Below, piece after piece: positions 38,946 to 49,955 of a stretch of 64,000 nt of DNA (its first letter is position 1; every line of letters begins with the position of its first letter). The notes under the pieces were generated by a model that saw only the letters and a list, made by a program, of their open reading frames with translations, was not told the DNA's origin and ran no database searches. Source of the DNA: Octopus sinensis (taxonomy: Eukaryota); the NCBI RefSeq assembly GCF_006345805.1, contig NC_043004.1:101494001-101558000 (forward strand). Direction: 5' to 3'. Made by a program: the position numbers and the translations under genes.

Positions 38946-39258
38946 ATATATACATATGTGTGTGTGTGTGAAGGCACATGGTCTAGTGGTCAGGGTGCTG
39001 CACTCACAATTTCAAGATAGTGGTTTTGATTCCCAGGCCAGCAGTGTATCGTGTTCCGGAGCAAAACACTTTATTCCATCCACATTGCTCTAGTTCACTC
39101 AGCTATAAACAAGTAACATTGTGATAGACTGGCATTCTGTCTAGGGGGCATGTTGGTGTGGCATCATTTGAAAGCTGCAACAATGTGAGGAAGCACATTG
39201 TGACCAGCGGGGTTTAGCAACACTCACTAGTTTGATCAATACAGTGATGCATATATAT

Positions 39259-39411
39259 GGAGTGGTTGGCGTTAGGAAGGGCATCCAGCTGTAGAAACAC
39301 TGCCAGATCTGACTGGCCTGGTGCAGCCTTCGGGCTCCCCAGACCCCAGTTGAACCATCCAACCCATGCTAGCATGGAAAGCGGACGTTAAACGATGATG
39401 ATGATGATGAT
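39259..39411 (+). mobile_element. SINE-like family A (3' half)
   Basis: Family A body with (GAT)n tail. Confidence 0.85.
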
Positions 39412-39664
39412 ATAAAAGCCCCTTTGATTATTACAGCCACCTCTATCCCTTTTAACCATCTCCCTTCATATTCTTGTGAAATTTTCCCCCGTGTCTGCTC
39501 CCCCAGTCCTATATTTTCCTTCACTGCACTTTGAGGGGATTTCCTTACACATATCCACCACCAACATCTCTTCCACCCTCTTCATCCCTATCTTTCTCTG
39601 TAAGCCCCCTTCTTCCTTCTTGCATCTCTTCTACAAGCAAGACACCTATCTCTATCCCTCTATT

Positions 39665-39814
39665 CACTAGCGTAGCTGAGAGGAGGGGGAGTAGTGGTGG
39701 TTCGCCTCAGGTGGCACTTTTGGGTCCGCTGTGAGCAATGTGTTTATTTATGGGGTCCAGGGGTGGCAAACAGAAGGGCCGTCCCAGGTGGAACACTATA
39801 TAGCTATGAAAGTG
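39665..39814. mobile_element. 150-bp MITE with 8-bp TSD (hAT-like)
   Basis: TSD cctctatt at 39657-39664 and 39815-39822; TIRs cactagcgtagct / agctatgaaagtg match at 10 of 13 positions. Confidence 0.72.
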
Positions 39815-40021
39815 CCTCTATTACTCTTTTAATCTCTCATCAACAAGCATAAAACCACCTCCCTCAATACTACTTCCCCTAGTTGCATTGCAAGGTGCTT
39901 GGGTGACCCCACCAATGCTGGTGCCACAAACAAAGCATCCAACCATACCAAAACAAATAATAGAACTTACCAGCTCTAGTCAAACCGTCCAACCCAAGTA
40001 AGCATGGAGAACGGATGTTAA

Positions 40022-40229
40022 CCCTTTAGCATTTAAACTGGCCAAAATATTCTACCTGTTTTAGGTTCAAACAAACTAGATCTGGCCTCTTAGACCTGAC
40101 CTACAAAGTCATTCTAAAAATAAAGTCACATTATCAAAATCTCGAAGTTATTAGATAATTGATGAATAATTCTAAACAATGTAAATAAATAAGCATTACA
40201 TTTGACAGAATAATCTGAATGCTAAAGGA
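40022..40229. mobile_element. piggyBac-type MITE inserted in the TTAA of a family A SINE tail
   Basis: TIRs ccctttagcatt / aatgctaaagga; TTAA on both sides; the SINE tail resumes as gcgatgatgatg. Confidence 0.85.
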
Positions 40230-40865
40230 TTAAGCGATGATGATGATGATGATGATATTTGTTCCTCCATGGTACCCTAATTTTATATATTTAAAGGAAC
40301 ACTACAAGCCTCCAAGATTTTCTCATGCTAAACTTTATAATATTCTCTTGTAGTTTCTTAAGGTAGTCATAAACTGATGAAACTAAAATAGTTTTTAGCA
40401 TAGATGAGTGGCTGTCAAGTACCACATATCTTCCACTCCATCAGCCAAGCCTAACAAACAATGACCTATGAAGACCATTTCAGTTTCAAGTATTTGTGCA
40501 CCTTAAATAGTTCTCTACCAAATTATCAATCATCAGATGACTTATGTAGGAAACTTAATTCAACAAACTAGTTTGAAAGATAAATACAGATATTAATAAT
40601 GCAAACCACATCATATTTCCAATACAAACCCATCACTCTCATTTATACACACACAAAGGAATGTAAAAGTACTTTCAGTCTTGCTCTAAAACAAGTTTGG
40701 GATTATAAACCAAAGGGAGAACACAGATGGAGAAACTGAAGGATTTCAACTTGGTTCTAGTTAGTGTTTGGGACTGCAAACCTAGACCTAATTTCTTATA
40801 GATATATGAAATCATATCCTATACGGGTTGTTATTGAATTTTCATTGATGCACATATACTACATA

Positions 40866-41222
40866 GGCGTAGGAGCGGCTGTGTGGTAAGTAGCTTGCTT
40901 ACCAACCACATGGTTCTGGGTTCAGTCCCACAGCGTGGCACATTGGGCAAGTGTCTTCTACTATAGCCTCGCGTCGACCAAATCCTTTGGTAGACGGAAA
41001 CTGAAAGAAGCCTGTCATATATATATGTGTATGTGTTTGTCCCCACCTCCAACATCACTTGACAACAGATGCTGGTGTGTTTACGTCCCTGTAACTTAGT
41101 GGTTCAGCAAAAAGAGACCAATAGAATAAGTACTAGGTTTACAAAGAATAAGTCCTGGGGTCAATTTGCTTGAATAAAGGCGGTGCTCCAGCATAGCCAC
41201 AGTCAAAAGAGTAAAAGAGTAT
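40866..41222 (+). mobile_element. SINE family B
   Basis: Head to tail recognisable. Confidence 0.83.
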
Positions 41223-42462
41223 ATATGCATGTATATGTAAATACACACACATGATTATAATTGGGCACTAGACAGCCTGCTAGCCAGCCAAAAGGTTATT
41301 GGTTCATATCTTGCACCTGTGGCCAGCTCTCTAGAAGCTGAAAGTATGTTTCATAAAGCAACATCAATTCCTTGTTGTAGGCAGGAGCAATACACTGAGA
41401 AACTGTTTGTGAGTTTCTGTAGTGCTTTCTTTAACTCCACATGAGGTTGTGACCAGCAGAGAAGTTAAACCTCACAAGTCCTATCTGAGGGCCACCCACT
41501 AATGGTATCCTTGATCATGAAATCTCAAGTAACATGATAATCTTACAACCGATTAATCAGCTGAAGAATGTAAAAGAGATGACTATGATACATTTATACA
41601 AATGCACAAACACAAATCTTTACACACACAAACACACACGTCTCAACATTTATGCACATACAAATATCTATATACATATATTTAGGCAAACAGTACAAAC
41701 CTCACTATATTACTGTCTTTTTTTTTTTTAAATGCTAAATAAATTGCTTTTCCTTTGACTAACTGCGTCAAAACAAAAAACCACTTCATTAAAAGCTACA
41801 TTTCATATATGGCACTACTGTCTCTAAAAGAAAGATCTTTTATTTCCCTTTACAGTTCTCCGCTATATAAATTTGACTTTCATAAATTAATTATATTTGA
41901 ACAAGCTGTTCACTTTTATTATATTTATTTATTTTCTCTTTGGTTTGATTAAAGATTCTTTCTAACAAGCAGAAAGTATGGAATTAAATATAAACACTGA
42001 ATTATTTTTCCTATAGTCATAATAAATATTAAGAAAAATAGAAGATAAAAATAAAACACATTAATTTAATTGCATTTCTGACAAAAAAACCCTCAAAAAA
42101 CAAACAAATAACACAAAACAAATGTAATTCCCGTAACCAACCAGGTCAAGTCATTAGAGTGTCTGGTAACTGAGTATTCTCTAAGATTTACTAGTATTCA
42201 TTTGCAAACAACAGAGGAAAGATTTTGGTACAGCTGAAAAGTGGTACACAATACATGTGCAACTAAATAATGCAAATGCAATGCATATTTTCAACATTAA
42301 ATAGTGCAGCATATGAGAAAAATATATAAAACAAAGAAATAAATGCCTAGAATATATAAATGAAAATCCCTCCCTCCCCCCAACATAGAGTTACTTGTGT
42401 GAAGACACTCAAACATAAACTCAATATTTATTTACTGTGAAAAGAGCACGAGTAAAGCTTAC

Positions 42463-42624
42463 CAGTTCCATCCTCATCAAAACAAGCAAATGCATTCTTT
42501 ATCACATCCTCGGGATCTGTTCCATTTAACTTATCTCCAAACATGGTAAGAAACAGAGTGAAATTGATGGGGCCCGTAGCATCATTTACCATATCATTCA
42601 GATAATTATCATCAGGGTCTTTGC
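42463..42624 (-). CDS. sqh: Myosin regulatory light chain (non-muscle type), internal coding exon
   Basis: ttacag|GC AAA GAC ... GGA ACT G|gtaagc; 162 nt, phase 1-1. Encodes (G)[53 protein letters not shown], with the RLC motifs GPINFTxFLTMFG and [16 protein letters not shown]. Confidence 0.97.
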
Positions 42625-42691
42625 CTGTAAGAAGGAAAAAGGAAAAAAAAATTACTATAATACAAGAGGGAATGTTTACAGAGTGAGAGTT

Positions 42692-42857
42692 CACCCAGTA
42701 CACTCTTTAAAGTGGTTGGATTTAGGAAGGGCATCCAGCCATAGAAACTGGGCCAAAACAGACAATAACACTTGGTGCAGTCCTTTTGCTCACCAGCTCC
42801 TGTCAAACTGTTCAACTCATGTCAGCGTGGAAAATGGATATGAAATGATGATGATGA
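42692..42857 (+). mobile_element. SINE-like family A (diverged), about 65 nt from the MRLC acceptor
   Basis: ggaagggcatccagcc.tagaaac ... tgatgatgatga. Confidence 0.75.
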
Positions 42858-43368
42858 AGAATTTACTTCAGATTTTCATGAAAAGGTTTTTAAGGAGAAC
42901 AAGATGGGTATTAAAAGCAAAAAATGCATTGAATCAATAAGTATATAATTTGGTACCTATCTTACTGATCTTGGCAGTATACTAAAGACATTACAAGAAT
43001 ATTAGCATTTTTCAGTACACTATGATACATCAGATGCTTAATGACTGAAGCAATATCAGACTACTACACCTAATTCAATATTGTTCTTAGTTCAAATCTA
43101 ACCAGATCCCCTCTACCTTATGTTGCAATACAATTGACAAATACTAGTAATAACCTAAAATCATTTATTTACAAAAGTCCCTTATAAAATAGTACATCTA
43201 CTTTTGCAGAAGCCATATTTCTCTTTGAAAGGAAAATAACAAGATATTTGTCACCAGAAACATTTTGAAAAGTTCTTTGAATGTGACTTCAAAAGCAAAA
43301 ACATATTGTCAAAAAAGACACTTCATGACTGATGTGAGTAACAATTTTGGTTGACTGGAATTCTCAAG

Positions 43369-43622
43369 ATCATCATCATCATTTAAAGTCCATTTTCCGT
43401 GCTAGCACGGGTTAGACGGTTTGACTGGGGTCTGGGAAGCCAGGAGGCTGCACCAGGCTCCAGTCTGATCTGGCAGTGTTTCTACAGCTGGATGCCCTTC
43501 CTAACGCCAACCACTCCGTGAGTGTAGTGGGTGCTTATTATGTGCCAGGGAAGGCTGGCAGCGGCCACGATCGGTTAGTACTTTTTACATGCCACCGGCA
43601 CAGAAGCCAGTCAAGGCGGCGC
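43369..43622 (-). mobile_element. SINE-like family A
   Basis: Reverse complement with (CAT)n at the left end. Confidence 0.87.
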
Positions 43623-46600
43623 TAAAAAATATTTCCAGCTATTGACAGTTACAAATGACTAATGTATTAGACAACAGATCTAAAAGCCAAAATATTTTAT
43701 ATGAACCCTGGCACTGAACTGTGTTCTGTTACAAAAGCATTTATTTATTCATCTTGCTTCATATCCAAAACTAAAGTACCAAGTCAGAAGTAATTAGGCT
43801 AACAACCACATATTATAATGGTCATGTCAGCTAAAACAACTATAATGTGAAACTGATGTTTCAAACTAAGTGGCGTATCTGTTGTTACATTATCTGCAAG
43901 AAAGAGCAGCCAAATTTCTCTCAAATCACATGCTACAGTCTTAAAAAAGAAAGTAAACATCAGATAATGTAGTCCTAAGTAAACAATGTTGGACAGACAT
44001 AGTGAGACCCCCACATAATGAGGATGTTGGTATGTTCAATCAAGATATCTGGGCATCAGCAACAACTTAGATCTTTCAAAATAATCATGAAGAGTTTCAA
44101 TCTATAGGCACTTGTTGCATTGTTGGATAGAGGAAATATATAGAAGCTTTGTTAATGTGAGAAAGTTGGCAGTTTATTCAATAAGTTGGTTAACCATAAA
44201 GTCCTTGAAGCATTCTTCAAACCGGATAACGTGGTAGACCATGATACTTAAAAATTGAACTAGCTATCAAGAGCAATGGCCTAGTTACTCAGAGCAAGGA
44301 ATATTTTGTTAGTAAGTTCACTAATGTAAATATACCTTGATCTAAAGGTAAAATTTGAAACCATGCAATCAATCATAACATTGCAATTATGTCAACTATT
44401 TCCAATGGAATGCCTGCTTTGTGCCATCAACAAATGTTGGCATTCCATCAACAAAAGCTATTGATATTCAACTCAAATAAATGGGTCATGAGACAACAAC
44501 TGCATGTCTGGAGAGGCTATGGATTTATTTCCCTGCATTAGTTCTTAGCTGCAAAGAAGGTACTGTACTTTTACTTTCAAAACAACATGGACCACAAGAA
44601 AGGCTTAGTTTGCTTTGTCTTTCAGAGTATTTCAAAAGAATTACCATAAATCCTCGAGTATAATCCGCATTTTTCCCCCCAAAATTTAAAGGTCAAAATA
44701 CTTAGTGTATACTATATACGAGGTTAAAAATGAAAAATATTTTCTAAGCAATGTCCGAGTCTCTATTTGCTGTCCGGCAATGTTTATTCAGAAGCATTTT
44801 GTGATGTTGGGCGTGAAAATACCTTAAGCTAAGCCTGAAAGCAATGAAGTCATAAAAGAATCATCCATAACTTGCAGTAAGCAACATTTATTAAAATAAA
44901 AGTATTCAGAACACAGAATAACATGTAACAAAAACAATTTGCAAACATATTTACATTCCCATTATTGTATTATGCATGCGCGGAAGTGTTTGTTTGACTA
45001 GGTGCTGCTGGCTTAATTACGCACGACTCAAGTTAGAGAAAGGGTGTATTATTATACGCAAGGTTTAAGTTTTTCAGAGGTACAGTCCCCTAAAAATGCC
45101 CTTCTGTGAAAGGGGGTACTGAGCTACCAAAAGGTTGAGGACAAGTGCTCTATACAAACACATCCTCTACACCAAAACTCACATTTTAAACAACTACCAT
45201 GCTATAATGTAACAGAACTCATACTGTAAATACTCTGCATAATCATGACCTGACATTATAATCTGGCTCACAATACATGCTTTACACAATTACTGCCTGA
45301 ACACTAAAGGACATAACACAACACACCTGAAGCACAAGCATCACACAACGAAACAAGGTACTGTATTGACACCAGAAATACTCCCCCTGCCACATGCCAC
45401 ACACACACACAGAGCAAAGCAAAACTGATGTAGAATACAAAACACACTTCTACAGTCCCAAAAGGCAATGCTGCATGCACCTGAAAAATACAGAGGTGCA
45501 TGATGATGATGATACTAACACATGCGCAAGATCACAAGTTTTGGTTGAGGAGAACAGTCAAGTACACCAACTCCAGAACATATTTTGTCACTCCTGGAAG
45601 AGAGCATGGAAGGCAAAGTCAACCTTAATGAAATTAAATTCAGAACTAAATAATGTAAGACATTTTCCCCTTGGTTCCCCTGAGACTGTTAGTCAATTGT
45701 CATAATTTCTAAACACTAGTACACCAAACAAGTTTGAAGAAGGACGGGTGTAGTTAATTAAATTGACTTTATTTACCAAAAAATAGGAAGAAGGAAGAAA
45801 AGCAAAGGTACTTTTTATTGGTAGTTATTTTAACAATTCCCAAAAGATGAGCAAGACAGTGAATCTTTGTGGTGATCAAATGCAAGAACTGGGACATAAA
45901 GATGATTTTGTATGCATTTTTCAGTCATAAATTATTCCAGACAAGATAACTTAGCTACTGCAACAATGAACAAGTTTGAAATGTAACTTTTAAACTCTTT
46001 TCTCATGTTTATTTTTAGTCTGTTGGTAGTGAAATCAGGCTAAAAGAACCAACAAAAGCAAACTATTACATTGTGGAACAACAACAACAACAAATAAACA
46101 ACAGCTAATCTAATTTCAAGTAGAATAGATATAAATTATCAGAATAACAGCAGATAATTATTTTTTCAGTTTATTCTGGCCTACTAAAAAATGACTGGCC
46201 AGAGTGTTTGGACAAATGCCTTGCAATTTTTGTTCTGACTTTTTACAGTTTTAATTAAAATTCAGGCAAGGTCACCATTGCCTTTCGTCTCACTGCAGTC
46301 AATAAATTAGAGTATCAGCCAAGCTCTAGAGTCAGTGTAACCTTACGTCTTTCCATGAAGTTTCAGATCTTGTGGCTATGTTAAAGAGGGATTTGAATTC
46401 AGAAGATAAAGAGCCAGAAGAAATACCACAAGGCATTTTGTTTAACACTCTAAAAATACTGCCAAGGCTAGAAATTTGAGAAGGAAAATTTAGACAGTTA
46501 AATCTATTCCACTACTTGAATTGTACTTAATTTTACTAATACTGAAAGGATGAAAGGCAAATATAATAATAATCCTTTCTACTATATTACACAAGGCTAG

Positions 46601-47177
46601 CAATTTTGTGGGAAGAGATGAGCCAATTGCATTAACCCCTGACCCCAAAAGGGATGAAAGACTAAGTCAACCTTGGTAGAAATTGAACTCAGAATATAAA
46701 GGTGGCCAACATGCTGCTAATCATTTTGCCCAGTGTGCTAAAGATTCTGCAGCTCACTGCTTGGTTTCTGATTTAGGTACATGGCCAGTAATTTTTTAGG
46801 GAAGTGGATGAGTAGATACCTCAATGCTTGACTTTATTTTATTAGCCTCAAAAGGATGAAAGGTAAAGTTGATTTAAGTGGGGTTTGAATTCAGAGTGTA
46901 AAGAGTTGGGGAAAATGTGGCTTTTTTTTTTCTGAAACCCTGCCAAAAACCTTGCAATGTTTCAATGGGCATTGTGAAGTATCTTGCCTATACATTTGAA
47001 TTTCTTTTAATATAATAGGCTTCATGGAATTTGGTTCATGACTGCAGATGTTACAAAAGCTGGACATTTATAACTAGGAATCTGCCTGTGTTCGTATTCC
47101 AGAGTTATCTTCTGCAAAATTTATTCTTTCTGAATTAGCAAGCAGCGAATCACTTCTAGCTAAATCTACCCAATACA

Positions 47178-47207
47178 ATACTACACTTTGATCTTAGCCA
47201 AAAGGCC
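47178..47207 (-). pseudogene. U2 snRNA 5' fragment (30 nt)
   Basis: The minus strand reads GGCCTTTTGGCTAAGATCAAAGTGTAGTAT, matching U2 nt about 11-39 as I recall them (stem I, U2/U6 helix I segment, branch-point recognition GUAGUA). The rest of U2 is absent. Confidence 0.85.
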
Positions 47208-49053
47208 ACTTCTTCATCTCTCATCATCACTATTGTCATATTGCACACCAGATCCACTAAACATTTCTCAATCTTCCAGCCTTACGAATTTCTTCACAAA
47301 CTCATTTTAACCACAAGGCATTAATTTTCAGATATTCAGTCTGAGTATCAAAGGCATTGGCGTTTACATGCTAGAGAGGGTTTTGTCAAATTAAAATAAT
47401 CTAAAAAAAAGGGTAGGTTTTCATACATATATGCATAGCACAATATACCTTGCCATTCAAACAACCAAACAGTAAAGTACCACCACAACCACCTGCTTTA
47501 TTTCCCTCTTATGATCTACAGCATTACTTTAAAACCCCACTCCACTACCTAGTTCTTCAACACATCAGCCAATGTGACAGTCCTTCTCTCTCTACCTTCC
47601 ACTCTACAAGCTAAATACTACCTCCTATATAACTCTGTGTCCCAGTTTACTCTTCTGCTCTTCCAACACACAAGCAGTCACAATTGTTGCATAAAAAAAA
47701 CTGTCCAAATAAAAACCTAATTTTGCAATGTCAACCAGTTGTTTACTCTCCCCGAATCTATTCACTCACTGGTTCTCTCCTTTTCTCCCCTGTCCTTAGA
47801 TATTTCAGAAGGGAAAGAGGGGAGATTAGGCGAGAACATGTTCTAGGACAGTTACATACCCTTTACAGGCCATCTTTTTTTTATTGTTTAATTTATGGTG
47901 GAAGTGAGGAAGCAGAATGAAAAGGGGATTCAAAGAGAAACTTAGGATCATGAATGATGGTGGGAAAGTGGAGTGAGGTGGCTAATTCAGAGCTGAGTGA
48001 CGATGTAGGAAGAGGTGAGTGAGAGTGAGGAAAGAAGGTAAAAAAAAAAAAAGGAGCAAAGAGAACCACAATAGACAAATAGTAATTGATAAATTAAACA
48101 GTATTATCACTGTTGATAAGATATATTTATTGCAAATCTAGAAATGAGAAATTTGTTTTGTTTAATTTTATTTTAGTTCAATAAATATCTATGCTGAAAA
48201 ATTTTAGTTCAATAAATATCATTCAATTATTTTGTAGAAGAACCTTGAAATTTGGAGAAGAATATTGAAATAATTACATGAGTAATCATAGTTCATGTAA
48301 AACAACAAAATACCTGATGCAATGAGCTTGCTAATAGAGGGGCCATGAAATACAAAACAATGGTTATCTCAACAAAGCTGGTAGTTGGTACAACTGAAGC
48401 ATGCTACATTGGAATGATAGAAGGGAAATTTAAAATAAGATCTTACAATTATCTTTCAGAAACCTGGATGAATGGAATGCAATGAAACTCTCAAGTTATA
48501 TCTAGTTTTTAAAATAAAATGCTTTAAACTATAATATCATCTGGAAGATTGTTGAAAGTTCAAGATCAAGGATTTATAAAAATAGTAGCAACATATGTGA
48601 CCTATGCACTAAAAGAAAAGGATGATCTCAATTCAATGAAATCAGGGATTTACTTAAAAGCTAAGTCGGAAGACTTTAGAAAATGTAATCACACAGATAA
48701 ATTCATCTTATGTATCTGAATGTAGCCACCTTGATTTAGATATTGTTTATGAGCCAGCAAAGAGGTGAATGCATGTATGCATAGTTTTTGGAAATGAACA
48801 CAACCCCTGATACTACATCTGTCCAACCAAGCCAGACGATAAATACATATCACTGCTATTATGTTTGGCCAAATTTGGCCAAATGCATATTTTTCAATAC
48901 TTAATTTTGCTTGCAATAAATAACCGGTTCTTTTGGTCAAACTATCATATCTCCAGCTGTCAAACTATCATATCTCCAGATGCCAAGATATGAAAATTGT
49001 CAAAGTGTTGTACAATGGTTTAGCATTTCCCAAAAGTGTAGTAAGTCCCACAT

Positions 49054-49456
49054 ATTACTCTTTTACTTGTTTCAGTCATTTGACTGTAGCCATGCTGGAA
49101 CACCACCTTTAATCGAGCAACTCGACCCCGGGACTTATTCTTTTTGTAAGCCCAGTACTTATTCTATTGGTCTCTTTTGCCGAACCGCTAAGTAACGGGG
49201 ACATAAACACACCAGCATCGGTTGTCAAGCAATGCTAGGGGGACAAACACAGACACACAAACAAACACACATACATATACATATACATATATACGACGGG
49301 CGTCTTTCAGTTTCCGTCTACCAAATCCACTCACAAGGCATTGGTCGGCCCGGGGCTATAGCAGAAGACACTTGCCCAAGATGCCACACAGTGGGACTGA
49401 ACCCGGAACCATGTGGTTGGTTAGCAAGCTACTTACCACACAGCCACTCCTGCGCC
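49054..49456 (-). mobile_element. SINE family B, full length
   Basis: Complete reverse-complement copy; source of the ORFs 49222-49461 and 49232-49771. Confidence 0.88.
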
Positions 49457-49732
49457 TATGACAGTTTTGAAAAAGTATTTCTGACTGAAAATATCATACC
49501 TGCATGGAGTTATGATTTTATGCTCCCAACAAAATATTATTGTGAAGCTGAAACCATTGCTAATGTAAAAAGAAATGGAATGGTGAAACTACTTTTACGT
49601 TTTCTGAAAAAGCAATGTTTTGGGTTTACGACACTTTTGCATAATAGCAACAATATTCTTTCTTTTCCTTTTTACTTCTTCATCTTATCATTGCACTGGA
49701 ATTATATTCTAATCCTCATCTTATTTTCTTAT

Positions 49733-49955
49733 TCATCATCATCATCATTTAATGTCCACTTTCCATGCTAGCAGGGTTGAACGATTTTGACTGAGGGCTG
49801 GCAAACCAGACGGCCGCACCAGACTCCAATCTTGATCTGGCAGAGTTTCTACAGCTGGATGCCCTTCCTAACGCCAACCACTCCGAGAGTGTAGTGGGTG
49901 CTTTTACGTGCCACTGGCATGGAGCTAGTCAGGCAGTACTGGCAATGACCTCGCT
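49733..49955 (-). mobile_element. SINE-like family A
   Basis: Reverse complement with (CAT)n at the left end. Confidence 0.85.

Noticed and set aside
42428-42703. 91-aa ORF as a complete gene
   Set aside because: Only 42463-42624 is exon; the flanks are intronic read-through past clear splice sites.
49222-49771. 179-aa ORF and similar ORFs at 910-1233, 3113-3532, 55159-55497 and 58812-59255
   Set aside because: They are SINE sequence; the same peptides (GTEPGTMWLVSKLLTTQPLLR, LQLDALPNANH) recur wherever the SINE does.
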